Below are positions 46,603 to 55,563 of a DNA stretch of 64,000 nt, piece after piece. The stretch is taken from NCBI GenBank assembly GCA_036721855.1, contig DAIMKF010000002.1, positions 16,391-80,390 on the forward strand. Reading direction: 5' to 3'. A program made the translations under genes and the position numbers. Numbering within the stretch: the first letter of the stretch is position 1; the number at the start of each line of letters is the position of its first letter. Source of the stretch: Bacillota bacterium. GTDB taxonomy: Bacteria > Bacillota > DTU065. Below the pieces are notes generated by a model. The model was not told the origin of the DNA and did not search any database. It saw only the letters and a list, made by a program, of their open reading frames with translations.

Positions 46603-46625
46603 AAAAAAACCCGGTTTGAACCGGG
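46603..46625 (-). terminator. Rho-independent terminator of argS
   Basis: Minus strand reads CCCGG-TTCAAA-CCGGG followed by T7, starting 14 nt after the argS stop. Confidence 0.8.
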
Positions 46626-46639
46626 CATAATCAGGTCTT

Positions 46640-48328
46640 TTACATTTTCTCTGGCGCATCTATCCCCAGCAGGAAAAGTCCGGTCGCAATAACATGCTTT
46701 ACTGCCGTAACAAGCATTAAACGTGCCTTAGCTAACCCTTCTTCCACATCAACAATACGATGGGCCTGATAGAATTTGTTAAAGTCTCTAGCAAGATTAA
46801 GAAGATAGCGAGCTACTGTAGACGGTTCATTATTTTTTGCTGCTTGTTTTATCGCTTCCGGAAAACGTTCCAAAGAAATAATTAAAACGTTTTCCTCTTC
46901 TTCTTTTAGCAACTCAAGATTAAAATCATTAACTTGGCCACCTTTGTCTAAAAGACTGCAAGCCCTGGCGTGGGTATATTGGATATACGGTCCTGTATCC
47001 CCTTGAAAGTTAAGTAACTCATCCCATTCAAAATTAATATCCTTAATACGATTATTACGTAAATCATTAAAAATAACAGCTCCGACACCAACTACTCTGG
47101 CAACCTCATCTTTATTTTCCAAAGTAGGGTTTTTTTCTTCGATAATAGCTTTAGTAAGTTCAATTGAATTGTTAAGAACATCCTCAAGAAAAATAACATT
47201 GCCCTGCCTAGTAGACAGTTTCATATCGCCAAAGCGCATTAAACCAAATGGCACATGCTCACAGTTATCGGCCCAGTCATAACCTAATTTTTTTAAGACT
47301 GCAAAGACTTGTTTGAAATGCAGTGCCTGTTCGCCGCCAACCACATAAAGGGCTTTGGCAAAATCAAAAGTCTCAAAACGATAAATAGCAGCTGTTAAAT
47401 CTCTCGTACCATACAGCGTTGCTCCGTCACTCTTTCTTACTAAAAAGGGAGGCATATCATCTCCAAGAGGAACAATCTCTGCTCCCTCACTGACTTCCAG
47501 AAATGGTTGTAGTTTCAAAACAGCAGACGGAATAAGATCGTTATAAAAACTCTCACCCGTATAGTGATCAAAAGTGACACCCATTAATTGATAAACTTCT
47601 TTTAATGATTCAAGACTGGTCTCTCTAAACTGTGACCACAGCTTAAAAGCTTCCTTATCCCCATCTTCCAATTTTTTAAACCAAAGACGTGCTTGATCGT
47701 CCAAAGATGGATTCTCTTCAGCTTCCTTATGAAAGCGTACATATAATTCAAGAAGGTGTCTAATCGAGCCTTTAGGATGTGAACTGCTTTCTTCTCCCCA
47801 CTTTTTATAGGCGACGATAACTTTACCAAATTGTGTACCCCAATCACCAAGGTGGTTAATTCTTTCCGCCTTATATCCCATATGTTCCCAAATTCTTGCC
47901 AGTGAATGACCAATAACAGTTGAACGGAGATGAGCTACACTAAATGGCTTGGCAATATTAGGTGAAGAAAAGTCAATGACAATATTTTTACCCATTCCTT
48001 CTGTGCTTTTACCATAATTTAATCCCTCTTGGCATATCTTGGGAATTAAATCGCAAGCGAGCTGACCTTTATTAAAGTAAAAGTTAACAAATCCGTTAAC
48101 TACAGCAATTTTCTCAAGCATTTTATTTGAAGGTATTTTTTCGGCCAGTTCTTTGGCAATAATAGCTGGTGATTTCCTCAACTTTTTAGCTAAAGTGAAA
48201 CAAGGAAAAGAATAGTCACCCAAATCCATGCTTGGTGGAACCTCTAAAAGATTGTCTATTTCTTCATAACTTAAAAGTGGCAAAGCTTCGTTAATTGCTG
48301 CCACTACAATTTCTCTTGCAATACCCAT
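46640..48328 (-). CDS. argS: Arginine--tRNA ligase
   Basis: Class I motifs are present (SPNIAKPFSVAHLRS, the HIGH-like region, and KLSTRQGN). The C-terminal anticodon-binding domain ends ...GIDAPEKM. The start is ATG 48328 or GTG 48337; the track's 48421 start lacks support. Confidence 0.9.
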   Translation of the reverse strand: MGIAREIVVAAINEALPLLSYEEIDNLLEVPPSMDLGDYSFPCFTLAKKLRKSPAIIAKELAEKIPSNKMLEKIAVVNGFVNFYFNKGQLACDLIPKICQEGLNYGKSTEGMGKNIVIDFSSPNIAKPFSVAHLRSTVIGHSLARIWEHMGYKAERINHLGDWGTQFGKVIVAYKKWGEESSSHPKGSIRHLLELYVRFHKEAEENPSLDDQARLWFKKLEDGDKEAFKLWSQFRETSLESLKEVYQLMGVTFDHYTGESFYNDLIPSAVLKLQPFLEVSEGAEIVPLGDDMPPFLVRKSDGATLYGTRDLTAAIYRFETFDFAKALYVVGGEQALHFKQVFAVLKKLGYDWADNCEHVPFGLMRFGDMKLSTRQGNVIFLEDVLNNSIELTKAIIEEKNPTLENKDEVARVVGVGAVIFNDLRNNRIKDINFEWDELLNFQGDTGPYIQYTHARACSLLDKGGQVNDFNLELLKEEEENVLIISLERFPEAIKQAAKNNEPSTVARYLLNLARDFNKFYQAHRIVDVEEGLAKARLMLVTAVKHVIATGLFLLGIDAPEKM

Positions 48329-48709
48329 TAAATTCACAGGTAAAAATTTTACCTGCTTCCTCCCCTCTTTACAGTTGGTTCTAATACTGTTTCTACAATT
48401 CCCTTCTCCATAATATATCATTTAAAAAATAGTACCTCAACTATCACCCCATGTGTTATCGATAGTAAGTCGGTTAACCTAAGTCGATTAAATACATTTT
48501 TCCCAAGTTCAAACCAAAATCATTCTCTAGTTATACTAAATGCTTATTGGCTTGTGAAACGTAACTAATTCCCATACAAGATGTCTCACTCAATAGTTCT
48601 GGTTTATAGATTGTGCAGGAGATGTCAATTTAAATATAGAAATGAATAAAAAGGCACTGATGAGAGGGGGGAGAGCTGTCCGGTTAGAACCGAGCACAGC
48701 GTATTTTAT

Positions 48710-49339
48710 ATGAGAAATCGTGACCCAGGTCTGGCTTCAGTTTTCTCTTTTATCATTCCTGGCTTAGGCCAGATTTACATGGGTAAAATGGGATGGGGTA
48801 TTTTTCACTTCTTCTTTCAACTTGGTCTTTTCCTAATTGGTTTAGCTGTCGCTTTCCCACTCATCTCCATAGAAAGCGGTTTAGCTTTTGCAGACAGACT
48901 TGTTATTTGGCTAGAAACTCCTCTTAACATGGGTTTGGCGTTTGGAGTTCTCTTTCTTGCTTTAGCCAATTGGATTTGGTCGCTTATGTCCGCTGCACCT
49001 AAAGAGTATGATCGAGAAGAAAGTCAACTGGAGACCAATGAAGATAATATTGCCGAATTAGTGAAAACTGCCAGAATGGATTTTCTAAGAGATGCCAGCA
49101 AAGCTATTGAAACTGAAGCAGCACCAACGCTAGAAGAAGTTGTCTTTGCACAAACTCTATCGGAAATAATGGATTTAAAAGATATGAACATCGAGGATCT
49201 TGCTGAAATAACAGGACTTTCAATTCAAGAAATCGCGCGTTATCTTAAAGGTGCGCAACCTGATGACGCGACCATTAATATTATTGCCCGAGGTTTAAAT
49301 GTCAGCCCTAGGGTTCTTCTCTCTGAGATTATCAGGTAG
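48710..49339 (+). CDS. Membrane protein with N-terminal TM2-like domain and C-terminal XRE-type HTH
   Basis: IIPGLGQIYMGKMGWGIFHF plus 3-4 TM helices, an acidic linker, then DLAEITGLSIQEIARYLKGAQ...IARGLNVSPRVLL (Cro/C1 HTH). Confidence 0.6.
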   Translation: MRNRDPGLASVFSFIIPGLGQIYMGKMGWGIFHFFFQLGLFLIGLAVAFPLISIESGLAFADRLVIWLETPLNMGLAFGVLFLALANWIWSLMSAAPKEYDREESQLETNEDNIAELVKTARMDFLRDASKAIETEAAPTLEEVVFAQTLSEIMDLKDMNIEDLAEITGLSIQEIARYLKGAQPDDATINIIARGLNVSPRVLLSEIIR

Positions 49340-49993
49340 CTTTGGGCTACCTGATCTTTTATTTAACTGGAAAACAACCAAATATGTCCCTAAATCCTGC
49401 AAAGCATGGATAATAATTGGCAACCAAATGCTTTTTGACTCATAGTAAAGCCAACAAAGTACAGTAGTTATTAAAAGTCGGCCCAAAAGCATTTTTAAAA
49501 ATTGTTGTTTGGTTTCGAAACCACTTATTACATTACCGTAATGTATGCCTACAAAAACTAGTATTGTAAGAGCTATAGCACCCAAGCCTCCTACTGCCTT
49601 GGCAAAAAGGTTTTGCACTATACCTCTAAAGAGCATTTCTTCACCCAAGGGAACAAATATGCCCAAAAGAAGGACTGCCTCCCAAAAGGAGCTTTTAAGA
49701 AGGTTATTTACCGGCAGGTAATCGTCAATAACTTTTTCGCTATGGGCAGCTCTTAGAGAAAGACAGGTTATAAAAAAAAGAACTATGCCGATTAAAAAAG
49801 GTAGCCAGCCTCCCTGAATACCACTGAGTCCTAGAGGAAGATCAAAAAGAAAAGCAAACATAAAAGCCATAACAATCCTTAGCATGTTAGCAATAAATGT
49901 TTTATAGCTTAATTGACTTTTTTTCAGCCAAAATTTACTTATTAAAATATCAAGAGCTAATACTATAAACGCTAAAATGGTATATTGCAACAT
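49295..49993 (-). CDS. CPBP-family intramembrane glutamic endopeptidase (CAAX protease / Abi)
   Basis: Motifs GEEMLFRG, HYGN and IIHALQD in the canonical order; about 7 TM segments. The 3' end overlaps the convergent gene by 45 nt. Confidence 0.75.
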   Translation of the reverse strand: MLQYTILAFIVLALDILISKFWLKKSQLSYKTFIANMLRIVMAFMFAFLFDLPLGLSGIQGGWLPFLIGIVLFFITCLSLRAAHSEKVIDDYLPVNNLLKSSFWEAVLLLGIFVPLGEEMLFRGIVQNLFAKAVGGLGAIALTILVFVGIHYGNVISGFETKQQFLKMLLGRLLITTVLCWLYYESKSIWLPIIIHALQDLGTYLVVFQLNKRSGSPKLPDNLREKNPRADI

Positions 49994-50058
49994 CTATCAC
50001 TCTCCCTAGGTTTTTTGCTGCCAAACAACAGGCTCTATGGTTTTATATTATAAATTTA

Positions 50059-50084
50059 TAAAGGTCCGGATAACCGGACCTTTA
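50059..50084 (-). terminator. Stem-loop after the CBM9-like gene
   Basis: 11-bp stem TAAAGGTCCGG / CCGGACCTTTA with a 4-nt loop, followed by an A/T-rich tail. Confidence 0.6.
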
Positions 50085-50086
50085 TC

Positions 50087-50788
50087 TTAATCTAGAACCA
50101 ATTCCAGAAAACGACTGACATTGCTCCAGCCATCACCGTATTTACTATACATCAAATAGTTTTGTTGAGGTGTATTCGGGTAATCTGTATCAGTAATGCC
50201 CACATCAAAACCAAGGCTCATCCCTCTATCTAAAAAAACATCTAGCTCATAGGTTGGTATGGCCACTTCAATAATATACCCATCTTTGGTAATAGTTGAT
50301 TCATACTGGAGATCGGTAAACTGGAAGCTGTTATTCCAGATGTGAAATTCAGGTAACATACCATCTAAACCGGGAGCAAAGCCAAACTGGAAATCACAAA
50401 GTGAATAGGATGTTCTTCCACTGCCAAAATCCTCAAAAGAGACAAAAATCTGGATGCCATCGGATTGGAAAAGATAAGCACCGGTATAGTCAACATAAAT
50501 CTCATCATCAGTTATTTCTGCTGCAACATAAAGATATTCATCATCGTACATAACATAAAACAAACCGTGAATATCTTTTTGGCCATTATACTCTGATCCA
50601 TCACCGGCAACAATATATTCGGGACTATCAATCTTAATAACATATTTTTTTGCATTTTCCCATTCAGTAAGTTTTCCATCTATTTTCACTGATTTTGGAG
50701 CACGAACAGCAGTTAGTTGCTTAGCCGTTGCAAGCGAAGTGATTAATAAGACCAATAACGTGATAACTATTAACCCTTTGCTTCTCAA
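50087..50788 (-). CDS. Secreted carbohydrate-binding-module-9/DOMON-like protein
   Basis: Signal peptide present. The IDGKLTEWENAKKY ... LYVAAEITDDE pattern resembles family-9 CBM-like domains. TTG start, 6 nt after AGGAGGG. Confidence 0.45.
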   Translation of the reverse strand: MRSKGLIVITLLVLLITSLATAKQLTAVRAPKSVKIDGKLTEWENAKKYVIKIDSPEYIVAGDGSEYNGQKDIHGLFYVMYDDEYLYVAAEITDDEIYVDYTGAYLFQSDGIQIFVSFEDFGSGRTSYSLCDFQFGFAPGLDGMLPEFHIWNNSFQFTDLQYESTITKDGYIIEVAIPTYELDVFLDRGMSLGFDVGITDTDYPNTPQQNYLMYSKYGDGWSNVSRFLELVLD

Positions 50789-51119
50789 TGTAATCCCTCC
50801 TAATAATTATCTACCTATAGTTTAAACTAAAGTGGTGAATCTCCTTCTTGCTACAATTCTTAATAATTAGCATTATCTATTAAGGCTACCATAGTGAGGT
50901 TTTAAAGTTCTTGGTTTGTTTTTGCTACAAGCAGTTTCTTTGGTGTATAATTTACGCTATAGCTAAAACTCTTTGTTCTTGATGCAAAACAATCTACCTA
51001 GTTTTTTCTCCCTTAAAAGGGGGTTTGGAGGTTTAGCTTTATAAAAGAAAAATCTTTCTAAATGTACAAACTCAATCCATTTTATCAATTTAGAAAGGTT
51101 TTCTGCTAAAGGTAATCTG

Positions 51120-51641
51120 CTATTTTTTAACCTTAACTGTGTTTACCTTATTATCTGCTATTAAGGTTTGTGCTAACATTTTATTTGCTAAAGCAACAAG
51201 AGTTGCCCTCAATGCAATCAAAGCTGGTTCTTTTGGAGCAATACTTTGATCTAGATTTGCACTACCTCCGAAAGTTCTTTGCAGTACAGATTCTAGTTCA
51301 TCCGCAAAAAGATTGTACGCCTCAGCAATTGAATACTGGTTTAAAAGCAAAGCTAATAAATCACATATTTCAGAGATGCTTAATACACGTTTACTAAGGG
51401 AGACAATAATCAAACGAGCTAAGTGTTCTCGGTTGTACCTTTTTTTAATAGGAGGACAAACGACCTTCTGTTTTACATAGTTGTTTATCATGGTGGAAGT
51501 AGCTATCTTTCCTTCGTTCTCGTTTACAAAAATAGCCAGTGCCTTTTCAATTATACTTAAGACTTGATCCATATACAGTGATATTTCTGGTAATTCATGC
51601 CACCTTGGGCAATGGAATGTACAGATTTCTTCAGGAGTCAT
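51120..51641 (-). CDS. DUF1836 domain protein (usual divergent partner of DegV)
   Basis: LPEISLYMDQVLSII ... TSTMINNYVKQKVVCPPIKKRYNREHLARLI pattern, plus the divergent arrangement with a DegV gene. Confidence 0.6.
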   Translation of the reverse strand: MTPEEICTFHCPRWHELPEISLYMDQVLSIIEKALAIFVNENEGKIATSTMINNYVKQKVVCPPIKKRYNREHLARLIIVSLSKRVLSISEICDLLALLLNQYSIAEAYNLFADELESVLQRTFGGSANLDQSIAPKEPALIALRATLVALANKMLAQTLIADNKVNTVKVKK

Positions 51642-51780
51642 TTTAACATTCGCCTTTCTTTATTTTTTAATTATTATAAGACAGGTAGTAAATTTGGTCA
51701 ACTATACTTGACATCCTGTTTATGTGTATTTATAATCTAGGTTACATAGTATTGAATACTATGTAATATAGAAGGGAGCA

Positions 51781-52656
51781 ATGAACATGAGTTATACAAT
51801 CGTAACTGACTCTTCGGCGAACTTACCTAGCACCCTTATTAAACAATATAACATTGAGGTATTACCTCTTACTTATCGTCTCAGAGATGAAGAATATTTG
51901 AGTTATATTCCTAACCAGCCAATCGATATGTCTGGGTTTTATAATGAATTGCGCAATAGAGAAACTATTACTACATCTTGTGTAAGTGTTGATGCCTTTA
52001 TAAAAGTTTTTAGCAAGTCGTTAACAGATAATAAAGATGTCTTATATATTGGCTTTTCCTCGGCATTAAGTGGGACTTTTCAATCTGCAAGCATAGCCAT
52101 AGCCGATCTAAAGCCTCAATTTCCCAACAGAACAATTCTTGCTGTTGACTCATTATCTGCCTCTTTGGGTGAGGGGCTGCTTGTCACCTATGCCGCCAGG
52201 AAAAAAGAGCAAGGCGAAAGCATTAACCAGGTGTACCAATGGCTAATAGATAACAGATTGCATTTGTGTCACTGGTTTACCGTAGATGATCTATTTCATT
52301 TAAAACGTGGTGGTAGAATTTCTTCTACTACTGCCGTTGTAGGTAGCTTATTAAATATTAAACCCGTATTACATGTAGATAACTCCGGTCGCCTTGTCCC
52401 TGTTTCTAAAGTAAGAGGCCGGAAAAAGTCCCTTAATGAGCTTGTCCGTTACATGGAAGAAACCGCAACCGAACCGGAAAAACAAACGGTCTACATCTCT
52501 CATGGTGATTGTGAAGAAGATGCACTGTATGTTGCTGAACTTATCCGCAAAAAGTTTGGTATCGAAGATATTCTAATTGATCATGTCGAACCGGTCATCG
52601 GAGCTCACAGTGGTCCGGGAACTGTAGCCTTATTCTTTCTTGGCTATCACAGATAA
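51781..52656 (+). CDS. DegV-family fatty-acid-binding protein (FakB-like)
   Basis: N-terminal IVTDSSANLP and C-terminal GAHSGPGTVALFF motifs; 291 aa. Confidence 0.85.
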   Translation: MNMSYTIVTDSSANLPSTLIKQYNIEVLPLTYRLRDEEYLSYIPNQPIDMSGFYNELRNRETITTSCVSVDAFIKVFSKSLTDNKDVLYIGFSSALSGTFQSASIAIADLKPQFPNRTILAVDSLSASLGEGLLVTYAARKKEQGESINQVYQWLIDNRLHLCHWFTVDDLFHLKRGGRISSTTAVVGSLLNIKPVLHVDNSGRLVPVSKVRGRKKSLNELVRYMEETATEPEKQTVYISHGDCEEDALYVAELIRKKFGIEDILIDHVEPVIGAHSGPGTVALFFLGYHR

Positions 52657-52680
52657 AATTAACTCCTTTGTGATCATTTT

Positions 52681-52716
52681 GCCCACTCCGGAAGATTTTT
52701 CGGAGTGGGCATTTTT
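52681..52716 (+). terminator. Rho-independent terminator of the degV-family gene
   Basis: GCCCACTCCG-GAAGATTTTT-CGGAGTGGGC followed by ATTTTT. Confidence 0.8.
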
Positions 52717-52960
52717 AGTTTGTTTTTTATAAGTTATATATTCTCTTGCTAATCTCAAAAAGGCCTTGAAAAGGATTTTAAGAATAAGAAATATAGCAAA
52801 GCTTAAAACTATGCCGAATGCTCCAGTCTTCAGTCTTTGATTTATCTCTTCTTGCTTAATTATCTTTCCCTTTTAGTTGCTATCCATTCTGTTAGTACAA
52901 CTGCTGTTTTATACTCTAAAAGCCAACCATATTGTATTTCAGACACTATTCATTGTTAGA

Positions 52961-53899
52961 TTACGTTTCCTGTTCTATTTCTTCAAGCCTTTCCCTCACA
53001 GGTTTAATATCATCTTTTCTTTGAGCTATTGCCAGAGCTTTTTTATATAATTCTTTAGCTTTAGTATAATCTTTCTGAATACCTTGAATATAAATATCAC
53101 CCCAACCCACAAAACTCCAAGGGTTTTCAGGATATTCCTGCACTAACTTCCTAAACTCCAACTCAGCTTGGGCATAGTTACCTAAGCTTGCATATGTTTC
53201 GGCAATCGCATGTTTCATATTATGAATTGTCACTTCATTTTCATCAGGGAAATAATGTATGAATTCTTGGCAATAATTAATCCTTTTTTCAAAATACACC
53301 TTATCTTCTAAACCAGCATTGTGTAATTGACCCTCTAATTCCTGACATATGTTTCTTATAAAAAAACTGCCATTGTATTGCTTGTCCAAATAATCCAAAT
53401 CAGTATATCCTGGATCACATCTATACTTTATTGCTTCCCAAAGCTTTAGCCAAACATCACAGACCTTTTGGGGCTCTCCTTTTTCGAGATATTCATAGCC
53501 CATATCATACAAATCAGACATTTGCTCTAACGATAATATATGAGTTGGGGCCAATCTTTCCCATAAAATCCAGGCCGCAAACCAGGGAAAATCTTCATCC
53601 CTGCCTGTCGCTGTTACGTGGAACTGTTTAATCCACTGCTCTGAGATCTGTTCCGCCGCATAATATTTCTCAATATCCTTTAAAAAAGCTTCTTTATTAA
53701 ATCGAATACCGATATTTTCCAGTTTTTAAATTATATCCATTGTACTCATGCCATTTATTTCTTCATATGTCCATAAATCTAGCAAGTGTTGGGAATAGTC
53801 GTTAGCCAGCGATACCTGCTCAAGCTTATCCAGACAACACTTCTTATACTTTTTACCACTTCCACACGGACACAATTCATTTCTACCGATCTTTACCAT
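52961..53899 (-). pseudogene. SEC-C-motif / TPR-like protein interrupted by an in-frame TAA
   Basis: ATG 53899 (GGGGAG SD) gives [28 protein letters not shown]...STMDII, then TAA at 53728..53726. The same frame continues KLENIGIRFNKEAFLKDIEKYYAAEQ... into the track ORF 52961..53554 (TPR-like repeats). Confidence 0.7.
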
Positions 53900-54386
53900 T
53901 GTCTCACTCCCCTTAAGTTTTACAAAAGACGCATTTGGCCAAGAAGCTTGTTTGGATTTTTTAGCAAGACGAACTGGTATTGTTGTTGTCTTCTTTTCTT
54001 TTTCTAAAAGTGCTTTGTAAGCTTACCTTTAGGTAGTAAGTTAAATATAAACAAGCTATGTTAGTTCTCATTGTACCTTTCATCTGAAAGTATAAAACGC
54101 CTAATGCTTTTTTTAAGCCAAGAGCAATTCTAAAAAGAAGTTCTTGCTATTTTTCTTTTAGAATTATTCTTTATGAAAAAAAGAGGTGCTTTCTTATTGA
54201 AAACACACCTTTTCCTTTTATTGTAAATACTGATTTAGTTATATATAAGAGTTAAATTCCCTCCCTAATGCTAAAAAAACGAGTGTCAACTCCGCTTATA
54301 AGTATAAAAAATGGAGGTTTTTACCCCCAGAAAAACCTGATGCTATGCGCTTTTGTCGTATGGCATCTTTATTTACCTAAAAAAAA

Positions 54387-54480
54387 TGGCGGAGGAAGAG
54401 GGATTCGAACCCTCGCTAGAGCTTACGCCCTACTACAGGTTTAGCAAACCCGCCCCTTCAGCCAACTTGGGTATTCCTCC
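54387..54480 (-). tRNA. tRNA-Ser (anticodon GCT), long variable arm, CCA encoded
   Basis: Minus strand reads GGAGGAATACCCAAGTTGGCTGAAGGGGCGGGTTTGCTAAACCTGTAGTAGGGCGTAAGCTCTAGCGAGGGTTCGAATCCCTCTTCCTCCGCCA. Anticodon loop TTGCTAA. Confidence 0.92.
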
Positions 54481-54860
54481 GCGAAAAACTGACAGATTTA
54501 TAATACCATACACAAAAACCCTTTGCAAGAGTCTAAGCACTAGATATTGCAAGTAAGAAGCTTAGGAAAACTGCCTCCAATTGGCCAGGCTGATATTTGA
54601 AACTACAGTTAATCTGTTGTTCTAATGTGATATTATAAATTCAGATCTACAAAACTATTTTAGATTAGAATTAGGACTTAGAAAATCTCTTATTTTTGCT
54701 TAAATGATGATTTCTACACTGGCCAGCAGACTGATTTAAGCTTAAAAGAATTGTCTGCAACTCATCTTGCCATGCTTTTTTCTAAAATCACTTTAGCTAT
54801 ATTGAGTAAACATTTTTATTACTATTATAGGCCGCAACCTGGCGGCGGAAGGGAGTTAAA

Positions 54861-55559
54861 ATGACACAGAGCATTCTTGTTGTTGACGATGAACCTTCTA
54901 TCAGTGAACTTGTAAGCTATAATTTAGGTTTAGCTGGATTTAGAGTGCAAACTGCATGTACTGGGCCGCAAGCTCTTAAAGTATTCCAAAGAGCTAACCC
55001 TGACTTGATTATTCTCGATCTTATGCTCCCTGATTTAGATGGAGTTGAAGTGTGCCGTCAAATCCGTAGAAAATCCAATGTACCAATTATTATGCTAACT
55101 GCCAAAGACAGCGAAAGCGATAAAATCATAGGCTTGGAAGTAGGTGCTGATGATTATATCACTAAACCCTTTAGCCCTCGGGAATTAGTAGCTAGGGTTA
55201 AAGCTGTCTTAAGAAGGGCAACCCCAGAGACTGGCTTGGCTACAGATCCTACTCTCATCGAACATGGCGATATTAAACTAGATGAAAGCAGACATACAGT
55301 TTTGGTTAAGGAAAAAGTTCTCGACCTTACTCCCAAAGAGTTTGATCTCTTACGTATTTTTTTGCTAAATAAAGGCCATATCCTCACTCGAGAATTTCTG
55401 CTTTCGACCATCTGGGGCTGTAACTGTGTAGGAGAAACTCGAACTGTAGATGTCCATGTAAGACATCTAAGACAAAAACTCTGTGACGAATCTACCAACC
55501 CTCGTTATATCGAAACCGTACATGGTATCGGTTATAAAATGAAGGAAGAAATCTCCTAG
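54861..55559 (+). CDS. OmpR/PhoB-family response regulator
   Basis: Receiver domain (ILVVDDEP ... DLIILDLMLPDLDG ... MLTAK) plus a winged-helix output domain (RTVDVHVRHLRQKL ... IETVHGIGYKM). Confidence 0.88.
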   Translation: MTQSILVVDDEPSISELVSYNLGLAGFRVQTACTGPQALKVFQRANPDLIILDLMLPDLDGVEVCRQIRRKSNVPIIMLTAKDSESDKIIGLEVGADDYITKPFSPRELVARVKAVLRRATPETGLATDPTLIEHGDIKLDESRHTVLVKEKVLDLTPKEFDLLRIFLLNKGHILTREFLLSTIWGCNCVGETRTVDVHVRHLRQKLCDESTNPRYIETVHGIGYKMKEEIS

Positions 55560-55563
55560 GAGT

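Noticed and set aside
48421-48600. Possible T-box leader upstream of argS. It would be expected in Firmicutes, and the leader has a suitable length (about 260 nt). It also contains a GGGGUGAUAG element and a short hairpin followed by a T6 run.
   Set aside because: I could not locate a convincing Stem I (GA/K-turn, AG bulge, distal loop), an unambiguous Arg specifier, or the canonical AGGGUGGUACCGCG T-box. The candidate terminator stem is only 5 AU-rich bp. An Infernal scan with Rfam RF00230 is needed, and I make no call without it.
52740-52890. Hydrophobic open frame on the minus strand (..GAFGIVLSFAIFLILKILFKAFLRLAREY..) between the degV-family and SEC-C genes.
   Set aside because: There is no ATG, GTG or TTG start after the preceding in-frame TAA, and the frame reads through the degV terminator. 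It is likely non-coding or a relic.
53786-54556. Track ORFs 53786..54007 (+) and 54353..54556 (+).
   Set aside because: The first is antisense to the SEC-C gene start region. The second is the reverse complement of tRNA-Ser(GCT).
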